From contig CAVSHB010000002.1 in NCBI GenBank assembly GCA_963727775.1, positions 239,428 through 303,427 on the forward strand: 64,000 nt of DNA, written 5' to 3'. The number at the start of each line of letters is the position of its first letter. Within the stretch, counting starts at the first letter, position 1. This DNA is from an uncultured Nitrospiraceae bacterium. GTDB taxonomy: Bacteria; Nitrospirota; Thermodesulfovibrionia; Thermodesulfovibrionales; SM23-35. The notes under the pieces were generated by a model. It ran no database searches, was not told the DNA's origin, and was given only the letters and a program-made list of their open reading frames with translations. Shown here piece after piece: positions 1 through 9,875 of the stretch. Made by a program: the position numbers and the translations under genes.

Positions 1-650
1 CGAGAACTTCACTTATTGTTCTTACAAACGGCACCAGACTCAAAGACTTAGAGTTGGTAAGGCAGCTGACCATGGTCGGGCATCCCGCCCTTACGTTTGC
101 TATCCCGCTTTATTCCGATGTAGACGTAATCCATGACAAGATCGTAGGTACCCCGGGGAGCTTTCATGCGGCCATCAGGGGGCTACACAATCTGGCCCTT
201 TTCCGACATTTCGTCGAAATAAGAACCGTTGTCACCGCGATGAACTACACAAGGCTTCCCAAACTGGCCGAATTTATCTATCGGAACTTACCTTTTGCTG
301 CCCATATTGCCATCATGGCACTTGAAATGACAGGAAATGCCAGAGAGAACTCCGAGGCCATATGGATAGATCCATTCGATTATACCCGTGAACTGGAGAT
401 GGCAGTGCGTATATTGAATAGGGCAGGGCTGAATGTCTCCATCTATAATCACCAACTCTGTGTTGTCCCTCAAAACATGTGGCGCTTCTGCAGACAGTCA
501 ATATCAGCCTGGAAAAACTCCTATATTGGGCAATGTGGCGAATGTCTGGTAAAACAAAAATGCGGCGGTTTTTTTACTACTGGCGGGCAATACATCAGCC
601 AGCATATCAACCCTATATCGCATCTGTATGACCAACCTTTTGCGCCTTGA
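1..650 (+). CDS. radical SAM/SPASM-type maturase of a His-Xaa-Ser system (HxsB/HxsC family), 5'-partial (continues upstream of window)
   Basis: Frame is open from position 3 (LIVLTNGTRLKDLELVRQL...). Cys-rich C-terminus (CGECLVKQKCGG) is typical of SPASM/twitch radical SAM enzymes. It sits immediately upstream of a His-Xaa-Ser repeat peptide gene. Confidence 0.55.
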   Translation, partial: RTSLIVLTNGTRLKDLELVRQLTMVGHPALTFAIPLYSDVDVIHDKIVGTPGSFHAAIRGLHNLALFRHFVEIRTVVTAMNYTRLPKLAEFIYRNLPFAAHIAIMALEMTGNARENSEAIWIDPFDYTRELEMAVRILNRAGLNVSIYNHQLCVVPQNMWRFCRQSISAWKNSYIGQCGECLVKQKCGGFFTTGGQYISQHINPISHLYDQPFAP

Positions 651-729
651 CATTGCGCCTTGCTTTTGTTGACAAACACTCGTCTGTGTGATATAAACTA
701 AATAAGAGTACGATTTAAGAGGTGTATTT

Positions 730-1005
730 ATGAAATCATGGATTAAGAAAACAGCGTTAGGTCTAGTTGCCGCCCTTTCCTTTTTTGGCGTTAATGTTGG
801 CTCGACCAATGCCTCCCTTCAGAGCGATACGGTAAAGATCAAGGAAAACACGCCGCTGTATCTCGAACACGCGTCAAACATCCTCACACATGCTCAGGAG
901 AGAAACAATTTTTTGGCAGATCACGAATCGCACTACTCTCATGACAGCCATTCTTCCCACTCCTCTCATGACTCACATTACTCACATTATAGTTCACGCG
1001 ATTAG
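730..1005 (+). CDS. hxsA: His-Xaa-Ser repeat protein (HxsA-like): signal peptide plus C-terminal HYS/HDS/HSS repeats
   Basis: N-terminal signal peptide MKSWIKKTALGLVAALSFFGVNVGSTNA. C-terminus HESHYSHDSHSSHSSHDSHYSHYSS carries 7 His-Xaa-Ser triplets. RBS-like aagagg lies upstream. Confidence 0.6.
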   Translation: MKSWIKKTALGLVAALSFFGVNVGSTNASLQSDTVKIKENTPLYLEHASNILTHAQERNNFLADHESHYSHDSHSSHSSHDSHYSHYSSRD

Positions 1006-1043
1006 TTAGGAACGGAAAAGAGCATGGGATAGACATAAGGCAG

Positions 1044-1097
1044 GTCTGGGCCTATTTATAATTTTCATGATGTCCAGCCCAGAACCGCCTTTATTTT
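1044..1097 (+). terminator. possible rho-independent terminator downstream of hxsA (stem tctgggc/gcccaga followed by a T-run)
   Basis: Inverted repeat ggtctgggc...gcccagaacc followed by ctttattttgt. The loop is long, so this is weak. Confidence 0.25.
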
Positions 1098-1290
1098 GTC
1101 AGTCCACCTGAAAGTCCGCAGTGCGGACTTCTATCGTATGGTGTCGAATACGGGTACAAACATAGATTTGCAACCATTTTGCCAGTTCACTTCTTTCTTC
1201 ATCAAAGTCGCAAAGCAGATGATTTTATTGTTATGCAAGTTTCTTCTCCAAATAAACGAATCTGCGTCACATTAATCAGGATTATATAAC

Positions 1291-1599
1291 TTAACTAAAG
1301 TCTTTCTTTTCAAACCCGGACCGAACTACGCGACCATTGCTCCCGCAGGAGCAGCCCAAACCTACAGGCCTATATGTGCGAGGGCATTGAGCAGTGAAGC
1401 ACAGGAAACCTTGATCATCCCCCAGAATCAGAAAGAGTGAACTTGAGGCCGCCAAAGCGCAGACGAACAAGACAGCAATGACCTTGTATTGCGAGTGGTG
1501 AGCAGGCCAAAGCTGGAAAAGATGGCAAGCCAGAAAACCAACAACACCAAGGGCGGCATAGGGAACGAGCGCTGCCCTAACTGCTGCGAGAGAAGCCAA
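1291..1599 (-). CDS. hypothetical small membrane protein
   Basis: ORF with two hydrophobic segments; no recognisable family. Confidence 0.25.
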   Translation of the reverse strand: MASLAAVRAALVPYAALGVVGFLACHLFQLWPAHHSQYKVIAVLFVCALAASSSLFLILGDDQGFLCFTAQCPRTYRPVGLGCSCGSNGRVVRSGFEKKDFS

Positions 1600-1935
1600 C
1601 GCATATCGTAAATTTCAGCTCTGATCTGCAGGGCTTGAGACTGAAGCCGGCGCCGGTCGTCGTTTCTTCGGTCCCGCTCTCCGCCTGGCCAACCTTCTTT
1701 GCTGCAATCGTGTTTTTCTCTTCCGGACGCACCCGTTCAATCGAGGCAATGAGAGAGCGATGCAGAATATCCCTGGCTTCTCTCGTCTCCAGCCTGTATC
1801 GTATCGCGCCATGGTGTTGTCAAGCATAACAATCTTCAAGACCGTTTGTTTGATCTCGCTGTTCATTGTAATCTGGCTCATGATTCACTTTCATTTCTTC
1901 ATGAGTCCAAATTACAGCGCCACCTGCTATGAAAC

Positions 1936-2481
1936 CTACGGCAAATAGACTCCGGAGCCTATGAAATAGTCTGTTCCCGGGATGGGCTCTACATACCCAA
2001 GCTTTTTGAACTCCTCTTTGGATCCGGGTTTGACCCAATAAAACTCAACAAACCCGCCGCCCTTCTTTGCAGCGGCGCTCAGCTCCCGGATGACAAATTT
2101 CCCCTTTACGTCTTTGTGATCGTAGAGGTTCTTTCCCTGGAGATTCTTTTGGGTCCCGTGGGCAATATTCAGACAGCTGTAATCATAGACATAAAAATAC
2201 CCTGACTTATCTGCATAAAAACGTATGGGGTCGACAAAGGAACATATCATATCAACGCGCTCATTTTCGTTCTTTACCCCCTTGAGGATCTCTCCCAGTC
2301 CGACAGCAGTCGCGTGAACCACTGTCTTTGCTGTTTCCTTGTAACACTCCATGGATGTCTTATCATTTCCATAGCCGACCCCGGCGCCCATGATAACTAC
2401 TGCCACGGCGATAATCAATATTGCCAATAGCTGCCCCGAAGTGTTTCTCACCTTTTCTTTCTTACAATAAGTCATTGCCAA
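1936..2481 (-). CDS. membrane-anchored single Cache (sCache_2-like) domain protein
   Basis: N-terminal TM anchor. YFYVYDYSCLNIAHG...GGGFVEFYWVKPG...YFIGSGVY motifs are typical of the Cache_2 sensor fold. Confidence 0.55.
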   Translation of the reverse strand: MAMTYCKKEKVRNTSGQLLAILIIAVAVVIMGAGVGYGNDKTSMECYKETAKTVVHATAVGLGEILKGVKNENERVDMICSFVDPIRFYADKSGYFYVYDYSCLNIAHGTQKNLQGKNLYDHKDVKGKFVIRELSAAAKKGGGFVEFYWVKPGSKEEFKKLGYVEPIPGTDYFIGSGVYLP

Positions 2482-2536
2482 TCCTCCTTTTATTTATTAC
2501 GAATAGGACGCTCCTGCAAAACGTCCGTAAAGACTG

Positions 2537-4012
2537 TCAAAAGTGAGGAGCCTTGACCGGCAGCTTCGCGGAATCGATGCCTTCGCACAGCGCGTTATCC
2601 ACCGTCAGGTTGCCCTTGTCGTCAAGCCTCACCGTCCAGATAGTGTCGTAGTCGCTGCTCGGCCAAGCGGGCGCCTTTGGGCCTACATAGGTCGGGAAAT
2701 GGGTCGAGATGAGCGCATCTATTATCGGCGGGAAGTGAGCGTGCTCCCACGCGAGCAGCACGGTCTGGTTGGAGAATTTGCCGCCTTTGAAGAAAAAATC
2801 GCTGGTGAGCTGGGGCAAGTTCGTATCGAATATCTCCAAACCTGCAACCAGATAATAGGGCAAGTTGTTCGCTATTGCATATGGCTGGACCGTTAACGAG
2901 GGTCTGACATACGAAAAATCGGAATTACCCAGAATGGCCTCAGCGCCCGGGGAAACCTGTGCGGGGTCGATCGAATAAACCTGCGTGGGACTGATTTTGC
3001 CTCGCAGGGCATTTGGAAGATACAGCGCGCGCCATTGCCCCGCAGCCACAAAGTTGCCGTCGTCCCATCCGCGCACCGGATGCGCCTCCGCGTGCCGGAT
3101 CATGTAAACCGTCTCGTTGGTGTTGATGGCATTGATCCCCCCCGTCGCCGAGATTTTGAAAAGCGAAGGCGTCGTATCCGGGCCCGGGCATGATGCGCCG
3201 GCTGCCGGTGAGGGCAGCACGGGGTATGTGGAAGGCGGGTCCAGATTGCTGTTGTAGGTAACCAGGCCGGCGCTTCCGGACGGCGAGATTGAGATCGCAT
3301 AGACATAGTTGGGGCCCATATAGGTCGCAGGGAGATCCAGGTTGTAATTCTTGAGATTTTTGATATTTTCCATCAGGGCGTGGATGGTCTCCCACGGCGC
3401 AGAGAAGACATAAAAACCCGGCAGGGTTGTATTGATAAGACCGGCTGCCAAGGTTTCGTTGTTGCCGTCTGTATCGTTGAAATCCAGTCCCTGGCAACCC
3501 TGGCAGACTACCAACGGCGCAGCAACTCCGCCGGGTACAGTCCCTGACGCATACGATGCATTAAGCGGGTAGCTATTGCCGGTAATTAAGGGCGAGCCCG
3601 CACCGCCCGCACCGGTTAGACTTATATGGTTGAGAAGGGCGAACTGCTGGATGGTCATCAGCGCCGCCATATCGGGATAGTTGTTTTCGGTCTGCAGATG
3701 GGTCATCGGCTCAAGCGCATAGATGCGGTTTACATTCCTTGTCCCCAATACTCGCTGCTTCAGATACCCGGCCATGAGGAGCGTCCGCTGTAAACCCTGA
3801 CTGGTGAGATTTGCGGTGCCCGGATCGACGTCACCGGACGCATGGTAAGCCAAATCATCGCTTACCACGAAGATCAGATTGATATTGTCGGCCTTCAACG
3901 GAGCTGGATGTTTATTATCGCCGGAAGATCCTCCTCCACATCCCGATAAAAGGGAAATCAGTAGCGCCGTTATAAAGACGCCTGTTCGCAGAACAGAAAT
4001 CATTTGCTTCAT
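2537..4012 (-). CDS. lipoprotein with histidine phosphatase superfamily domain
   Basis: Signal peptide plus lipobox LLSGC. RHAEAHP motif (RHG-type catalytic His) in YMIRHAEAHPVRGWDDGN. Confidence 0.55.
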   Translation of the reverse strand: MKQMISVLRTGVFITALLISLLSGCGGGSSGDNKHPAPLKADNINLIFVVSDDLAYHASGDVDPGTANLTSQGLQRTLLMAGYLKQRVLGTRNVNRIYALEPMTHLQTENNYPDMAALMTIQQFALLNHISLTGAGGAGSPLITGNSYPLNASYASGTVPGGVAAPLVVCQGCQGLDFNDTDGNNETLAAGLINTTLPGFYVFSAPWETIHALMENIKNLKNYNLDLPATYMGPNYVYAISISPSGSAGLVTYNSNLDPPSTYPVLPSPAAGASCPGPDTTPSLFKISATGGINAINTNETVYMIRHAEAHPVRGWDDGNFVAAGQWRALYLPNALRGKISPTQVYSIDPAQVSPGAEAILGNSDFSYVRPSLTVQPYAIANNLPYYLVAGLEIFDTNLPQLTSDFFFKGGKFSNQTVLLAWEHAHFPPIIDALISTHFPTYVGPKAPAWPSSDYDTIWTVRLDDKGNLTVDNALCEGIDSAKLPVKAPHF

Positions 4013-4043
4013 CTGTCATATCCTTCTGTTTTGCATATGAACA

Positions 4044-5474
4044 TCAATAGGAGTTCACACAATCGATAAGCTCTTGTTTCCCCATATATCCAATACCGCA
4101 CCAGTAAACCGGCCAGGTTGTGTCGGTAATTGGATTAAAAGTATTCGTAATGGGAATAGAGTAATTGTGCCCTGAGAAATAGTGCCCTCTGTAAAATGCC
4201 TGTTTTGCGCTATTCGTGGCAAGAACCGGAAAAAGATGTGACAGGGAATCGTTCAGAAGACCATGTACGGAATACGCTTTTGAAAAAGTATAATAGCTAT
4301 TGAACTGTTCCGGGTTAGCAGCGAGGTCATAGTTGAAGGAGGTATAGTCCGTGGCCTTCAAGGTGGCGCGGGAAAACGTAAAGACCTTGAATGCCGGGTT
4401 ATTGCCGAAATAGGGAGCAATGCTGGGCGTTGTCACAGCCGGATTGCCGGGCGACATGATGCGATACTCGTCCATATGGGTATGGGCGATAAACGTCTGG
4501 GTTATAAGACCCGGATATTTTGCAAGTATTTTCAAAAAACTTTCTTGATAGTCCTCATTCCACATCATTATGGCAGTTGAAATGTGACCGTTGGAATCAA
4601 CAGCTTGTGCGGTTGAATATTTATCCGCGCCCGGAGGCACGTGCATTAAGAGCCATACCTTCTTGCCCCCGGCCTGGGCTGAAGCAAGCGTTAAATCAAA
4701 CCAGTGAAGTTCAGCGGTTACCGCACTCGAAGTGGTGTCGCCGAAATAAGGGGAAAACTCGAATGTGTTGAGTCCTATAACCATCAAATCTGTGCCGGTC
4801 GGCTCTGCGGAATAATATCCTCCGCTCGTAAACGCATCAAGAAATGTCTGATGATCTACAGTGCCGTTCACAAAGTTTGTGTAATAGAGTTCCGCAGTAT
4901 CGGAAAGAAAACTGCTGTCGGGTCCGAGGCCTGTGTATGAATCGCTATTTCCAACGGCGAACATGACGGGAATGTTTCCCACATACGACCTCACCTGCTG
5001 CATAAAAAAGGCAATAGTCTTGTCGGTAAAGGCCTTCATGGCAGCGACGTCTGCAGGGGTTGGGTTTTGGGCGTTTGCGGGGTCGTAAAGTCCGTAGAAC
5101 GTTTGAGGAAGGTAATGCCCCAGCATGTCGCCGGTAAAGATAATCAGCGGACTGGCTCCCATATTCTGCCTTATGCTTGAGAGAGCGATCGCAAGCAAAG
5201 GGTAGTTGGTATCGCCGCCCCATACCGAAGGCGCTGATATGCCCGATGACTTAAAAATACTCTCCCACTCGCCGGCATCCGCAGCGACAAGCTTCGGAAA
5301 AAGAGACGGGTCATAGAAAGGATTGAAATGGACATCCGAGAAAACAAGCACCGGGAAGTCTTTGTTGCTGGTGTTGTTGGGCCCGCTGTCACCACCGCAC
5401 GCAGCCAGTTGCAATTGGAGTATCAGGGCCAAAATCAAACCGAAAAGTCTTATATTTCTATAGCACGTGTTCAT
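4044..5474 (-). CDS. lipoprotein, calcineurin-like metallophosphoesterase
   Basis: Lipobox LAACGG. Metallophosphoesterase motifs VFSDVHFN, FTGDMLGH, GNSD, LLMHVPPG, AHTHMDE. Confidence 0.7.
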   Translation of the reverse strand: MNTCYRNIRLFGLILALILQLQLAACGGDSGPNNTSNKDFPVLVFSDVHFNPFYDPSLFPKLVAADAGEWESIFKSSGISAPSVWGGDTNYPLLAIALSSIRQNMGASPLIIFTGDMLGHYLPQTFYGLYDPANAQNPTPADVAAMKAFTDKTIAFFMQQVRSYVGNIPVMFAVGNSDSYTGLGPDSSFLSDTAELYYTNFVNGTVDHQTFLDAFTSGGYYSAEPTGTDLMVIGLNTFEFSPYFGDTTSSAVTAELHWFDLTLASAQAGGKKVWLLMHVPPGADKYSTAQAVDSNGHISTAIMMWNEDYQESFLKILAKYPGLITQTFIAHTHMDEYRIMSPGNPAVTTPSIAPYFGNNPAFKVFTFSRATLKATDYTSFNYDLAANPEQFNSYYTFSKAYSVHGLLNDSLSHLFPVLATNSAKQAFYRGHYFSGHNYSIPITNTFNPITDTTWPVYWCGIGYMGKQELIDCVNSY

Positions 5475-6026
5475 AACTGCCTCCCATAATGTTATTGAGC
5501 GCTAAAACCCGGCTAATATTTTATGCGTCAGTTCTTTTTGTCCGGTGGCTCTTTTCCCCCATGTTTAGAACACTATCAGATTCTGCTTCAAGTAGCAACT
5601 CATCGAAAGCGCAAAGCGCACCTTGCCTTTTGGGTCTCCCGAACCTATCCGTTGTCAAAGGAATAACATCGTGCCTGAGAAGTTGCGCAAGACAGCAGGC
5701 AGTCCGCTCATTGAAGGTTATGACAGAAGACAGCACACCACTGAGCGATGTCGTTTTACGCTTCAGCCCGCATCCCGGCATGACTATACTGCCACGGGAT
5801 GCGGACTCCCGCCTGATCTTCAGCTATTGAAAAGGTTAGGGTAAAATCTTCATTGTTGATAATTGATTTTCAAAAGAAACACGCATACTTGTCGCGTTCA
5901 ATAATTGGGAGGACTTCTGTGAGCAGTTCAAACTTGCACCAGGCTCAGACATTGCTGTATCCTAAAACTCAGACATACTGCATAAGATCTGCTCACTGAA
6001 ATCCCCATTCATAGGAGAGAACGCTA

Positions 6027-6440
6027 ATGAAGAAAAAGCCTGTTTTCGGGTTTCTTTTTTTTGTTTTGATGGTTTCGGCGGCACTATGGCCCATAAGGTC
6101 TGCGCGAGCCGAGGAGGTAGTGCGGGCAAAGCTTACCAACGGCCTCAGGGTAGTGATCGTCCGGAATCCGCTTGTGCCGGTAGCCACGACAGTGGTCAAT
6201 TACCTTGTCGGTTCCGATGAGGCTCCCGCTGGATTCCCTGGTATGGCTCACGCACAGGAACATATGATGTTCCGTGGAACCCCCGGGCTCACAGCCGACC
6301 AGCTTGCGCGCATTACGGCGGAGATGGGGGGCAATTTTGACGCTGACACCCAGCAGAATGTAACACAGTATTTTTTTACCGTGCCGGTCGAAGACCTGGA
6401 TGTGGCCTTGCACATAGAAGCAATACGGATGAAAGGCGTC
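6027..6440 (+). pseudogene. M16 (pitrilysin/insulinase) family zinc peptidase, N-terminal fragment truncated by IS insertion
   Basis: Signal peptide; HxxEH zinc motif (HAQEHMMFRGT). The reading frame runs directly into the IS terminal repeat at 6441. Confidence 0.7.
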
Positions 6441-8151
6441 CTAGGAGTCTGTCGGACTTGAATTGCTGTTTTTGACAGCGGTTGGAATCCGAGAGAGTCG
6501 ATTGTAGTTATTTTTCATGATTTGATCGTCTGTCATCGGTTCTTTCCTGCCGGTGTTTTGTTGGATACATTATGCCATCGCCATTTTCAGGCGCCTACCT
6601 GGCTGTTCCTCAATGCATGCAGCCTTTTGATGTTCCATGCAATGCAGATCATATCCCACTCGCCATTGACTGCAGTAAAACCACGCAACAGGAATCGGTC
6701 AAATCCCATAGCTGCCTTGATTACCCCAAACGCCGGCTCCACAGTACTCTTGCGTATCGCATAAATTGCCTTACCGGCAACTGTCTTCAACCGATGTTTC
6801 ATTCTTGTCACTGCATCAGCATCAACCGGCAATGGAGGCGGTTCGACGAATCGCTCCCATAAAGGCTGATTATGACTCTGCCGATCTACTGCTATATATG
6901 GCTCTATTCCTTTGCTCTCACATTCTTGCACATTTGCTTCGCTGTAATACCCGCTGTCGGCTATTATAGTTTTTACTTTGCCAAGTTGTTCGGGCAGATA
7001 TGTAAGCGCTTCAAGCGCTGGTTTCATCTGCTGTTTGTCATTGGATTGTTGTGTTACATGCGTTGCGACAATAAGCATTGTTTCTGTATCCACGGCTGCT
7101 TGAGCATTATAAGCCTGCTTGAATCCTCCACCCGATGCCGGCATTATGCGAGATTCTTCATCGGTCAGATTGACCTGATCTTTGTCAGTTGGCCCGGCTG
7201 CAGGCGGCTTGGGTCCTTTGCCTCGGGGTTTCTTGCCGCTCTGCTTTTGTTTGGCTACACGCTCTGCCTGTTTCTTTTCACTGTCGGCTTGTTCCATTGC
7301 ATGCCGCTCTGCCGCACGGCGCTCTATCTCAGCTTTTGCTTCAGCTATCATTTTCAGCCGCTTCTCTCGCCGCTCCAGCTCTTCCGGGATGTTCATGCCG
7401 TCAGGAATGTCAGCTTTGTCAGCAGCCTCAGCTTTCTTCATCAGTTCCGCCACTTCCACTTTCAACTTATTCTCTATTTTGCATGCATGCCCGTAGCTCA
7501 ACGCCTTGTGCTTTGAGGCATTGGCTTTCATTTTGGTCCCATCCAAGCTGACCGTGCCTAACTTCAATACCCCGGTTTCTGCTGCTATCATTAGTATCTG
7601 CACAAACAGTTCTTTCAGCTTAGGCAAAAACCGACGTCGAAAGGTTGCTATTGTGTCATGGTCAGGGTGACTGTTGGCTGCCACATACCGGAATGCTACA
7701 GAGTCGTACGTGCTACGCTCTAATTGCCTGCTCGAAAAGACTCCCGTCGCATATCCGTAAAATAATAATGCCACCAGCATCTCAGGGCTGTATGCCTCAC
7801 TGCCTCGTCCTGCATAATCATTTTTCAACCGGTCAAGATTAAGCTGATCCACTATCTCTACGACAAATCTCGCCAAGTGACCCTCGGGCAACCATTCCTG
7901 CACCGACGGCGGAAATAAATATATCGTCTCTCTGTCACATTGTTTGAACATTATGCTGATCTCCTGTTGTTCATTCTTATGCCGCTTGTCTATTATGCCA
8001 TAAGGAACGCCCATGCAGGTCTGTCGGACTTAGATAATTACAGGCCGAAAAGATTTCTGCTGCCCAGTTTGCAATAAAGGTTCTTAAGAGACTGCCGTGT
8101 CCTTCAAGAAGTAAACTTTTCAGAAATGTTGAAAGTCCGACAGACTCCTAG
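6441..8151 (-). mobile_element. IS1182/IS5-like insertion sequence, copy 1 (1711 bp, perfect 19-bp TIR CTAGGAGTCTGTCGGACTT)
   Basis: Identical TIRs at 6441-6459 and 8133-8151. 100% identical to the copies at 42603-44313 and 59330-61040. Confidence 0.85.
6587..8014 (-). CDS. DDE transposase, IS1182 family (IS5 superfamily)
   Basis: 475 aa; DSGYYSEAN and C-terminal KRSTVEPAFGVIK...RFLLRG motifs typical of IS1182-type transposases. Confidence 0.85.
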   Translation of the reverse strand: MGVPYGIIDKRHKNEQQEISIMFKQCDRETIYLFPPSVQEWLPEGHLARFVVEIVDQLNLDRLKNDYAGRGSEAYSPEMLVALLFYGYATGVFSSRQLERSTYDSVAFRYVAANSHPDHDTIATFRRRFLPKLKELFVQILMIAAETGVLKLGTVSLDGTKMKANASKHKALSYGHACKIENKLKVEVAELMKKAEAADKADIPDGMNIPEELERREKRLKMIAEAKAEIERRAAERHAMEQADSEKKQAERVAKQKQSGKKPRGKGPKPPAAGPTDKDQVNLTDEESRIMPASGGGFKQAYNAQAAVDTETMLIVATHVTQQSNDKQQMKPALEALTYLPEQLGKVKTIIADSGYYSEANVQECESKGIEPYIAVDRQSHNQPLWERFVEPPPLPVDADAVTRMKHRLKTVAGKAIYAIRKSTVEPAFGVIKAAMGFDRFLLRGFTAVNGEWDMICIAWNIKRLHALRNSQVGA

Positions 8152-8424
8152 GTGGAATCGTATATTACTTAGAACCCCCCTGGCTATGAGGTCACTGATA
8201 GACCAAAATTCTTTACTGGCATTGCGAGCCTTACACTGCTGTGCCTGACGAACACCATTCTTTTGAATGATCCAAAGATCGACTCCTTGCTCGTCATCAC
8301 CGACGCCCTCAATGGTGACAGATTTAATTTTCTCTTCAAGAAGGGAAAGAAGTTGAGTGGCAACCCATCGGCCTTCATACCGGTTGCCAAGTTTATCCGC
8401 CAATCCTCCTGATTCAAATGGCAT
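8152..8424 (-). pseudogene. N-terminal fragment of an unknown gene whose frame runs into the right end of IS copy 1
   Basis: ORF MPFESGGLADKLGNRYEGRWVATQLL... reads through into IS sequence (..HLGVCRTFNISEKFTS). Unrelated to the M16 peptidase on the other flank. Confidence 0.4.
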
Positions 8425-8689
8425 AGTTTGTTAATGATAATATGACCGCTTTGCTGAATACAAGAAGGCAACTCTTTTGTCGGCGATTAGGTCAAAGTGC
8501 AAACGCAGTCCGTGGGATCAGGTGTTTATTCTTTTCTGACAAAGCTTGTTGAGTGTGCCCCTGTAACAATTTCCGTTTCTAACCTGCAGCGTGGTCACGG
8601 TGCTCTGAAGGTTCGATTACTGTGAGCAAGTAGCACCGCCACACCTGAAAGCCCGCATCAGTGTAAGATAAGAATCCTTTTTCTACTAT

Positions 8690-9022
8690 TCAACGGTAAT
8701 ATTCGCTGATTAGCTGATTTTGATAAGAGCGGGCTTTTCTTTCTTTTCTCCTCTCCCGTGTAATAACCCCCACAAGAATTCCCATTCTCCCTAAGAATAA
8801 TATTACGAACGCCCAGCGCATAGTGGTATTTATATCGTATGGGTCTCGTTCAGCCTGGGTAAAATCTACGTTCATGTGTTTAAAGCCTCTGTCCATCTTT
8901 TCTTCGAGCCTCACCATCTCAGTTTCGATGTCGCTATCCTTGGGACGATCCGCGGCAAATAAAAGCGAAGGGTAAAAAACTAAGTAACTCAATAATAAAA
9001 CAAATGTTGTTTTCGTAACCAT
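8690..9022 (-). CDS. hypothetical secreted/membrane protein
   Basis: Signal-peptide-like N-terminus and a second hydrophobic segment. Confidence 0.3.
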   Translation of the reverse strand: MVTKTTFVLLLSYLVFYPSLLFAADRPKDSDIETEMVRLEEKMDRGFKHMNVDFTQAERDPYDINTTMRWAFVILFLGRMGILVGVITRERRKERKARSYQNQLISEYYR

Positions 9023-9274
9023 ATCCTATATACATAAATATTCCACTCCAGCCGAAACAAACAAATAAATTTCAATTTCGGCGAAAAAGTGGGTGTAAGT
9101 AACTTGACAAATGGTCTGCCCCAATTTATATACAGCAAGGACAAAAAAAGACATAAGAAGGAGACACCATGAAGGCTCAGTTAAGAGGTGCATTTATCCA
9201 GGGATACATGTTGGGTGAAGATAAAAAGCCTTGAGCCCGCGCATAGCCCCAAAAGAGAAAGGAGACTTTTATAG

Positions 9275-9736
9275 ATGAAGAAAAAGACATATGTGATTGA
9301 CACATGCGTTTTGATCGATGATCCGGATGCCTTTTCCAAGCTCGGCAAAAACCAGATTGTTATTCCCGGCGCGGTTATGAAGGAGCTTGATGGTCTGAAG
9401 AGAAGCTGGGATCCCGATAGGGCTAAGCCCGCCAGACAGGTTACAAGGATTCTCGACAGGCTGAGCAGACGTCAGGACATTAAATTGGGGGCCACAACGT
9501 CTGCAGGATCTATTGTAAGAATATACAACAGTCACGCGGTAATAGATGACCTTGCCAGCGGCGCCGACAATAGGATTGTGGGTACGGCAATACAGCTAAC
9601 AATGGATGGAGATTATGTGATTCTCCTGACCAACGATGGGAACATGAGGAATATTGCAAGATCTTATGGCGTAACGGCAGAAGGTTACCCTCTCAGTCCA
9701 GATACTCTGATTAATAAATCAAAGAGGGCAGCTTAA
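9275..9736 (+). CDS. PIN-domain protein
   Basis: YVIDTCVLIDDP N-terminal PIN acidic motif. RBS aaggagac upstream. Confidence 0.55.
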   Translation: MKKKTYVIDTCVLIDDPDAFSKLGKNQIVIPGAVMKELDGLKRSWDPDRAKPARQVTRILDRLSRRQDIKLGATTSAGSIVRIYNSHAVIDDLASGADNRIVGTAIQLTMDGDYVILLTNDGNMRNIARSYGVTAEGYPLSPDTLINKSKRAA

Positions 9737-9875
9737 AAGAATACCATGATGGATCCTTTATGTGGCAGCGGAGGCCTTTAGTCTTATCCCTGGTTAGACT
9801 GATTGTCCGTAGCCCAAAGAAACCAGGATGGCTATCGATAAAAATAACTTATAGATCCCAAAAGGAAGGAGGGAA

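Noticed and set aside
1615-1881. 88-aa minus-strand ORF
   Set aside because: Extremely Arg-rich tail; overlaps equally implausible plus-strand ORFs. No RBS or family signal. It may hide a small gene in another frame that cannot be resolved by eye.
2940-3497. 185-aa ORF antisense within the histidine-phosphatase lipoprotein gene
   Set aside because: Arg/Pro-rich composition typical of antisense frames of GC-rich coding DNA.
5860-5990. Sigma-54-type promoter upstream of the M16 peptidase (TTGCAC...TTGCT)
   Set aside because: Spacing between the GG-like and GC elements is 18 nt instead of the fixed 10-11 nt.
6766-7842. Plus-strand ORFs inside the three IS copies (for example 6872-7516, 7189-7551)
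   Set aside because: They lie antisense to the transposase gene and have low-complexity, Cys/Leu/Ser-rich products. They are spurious.
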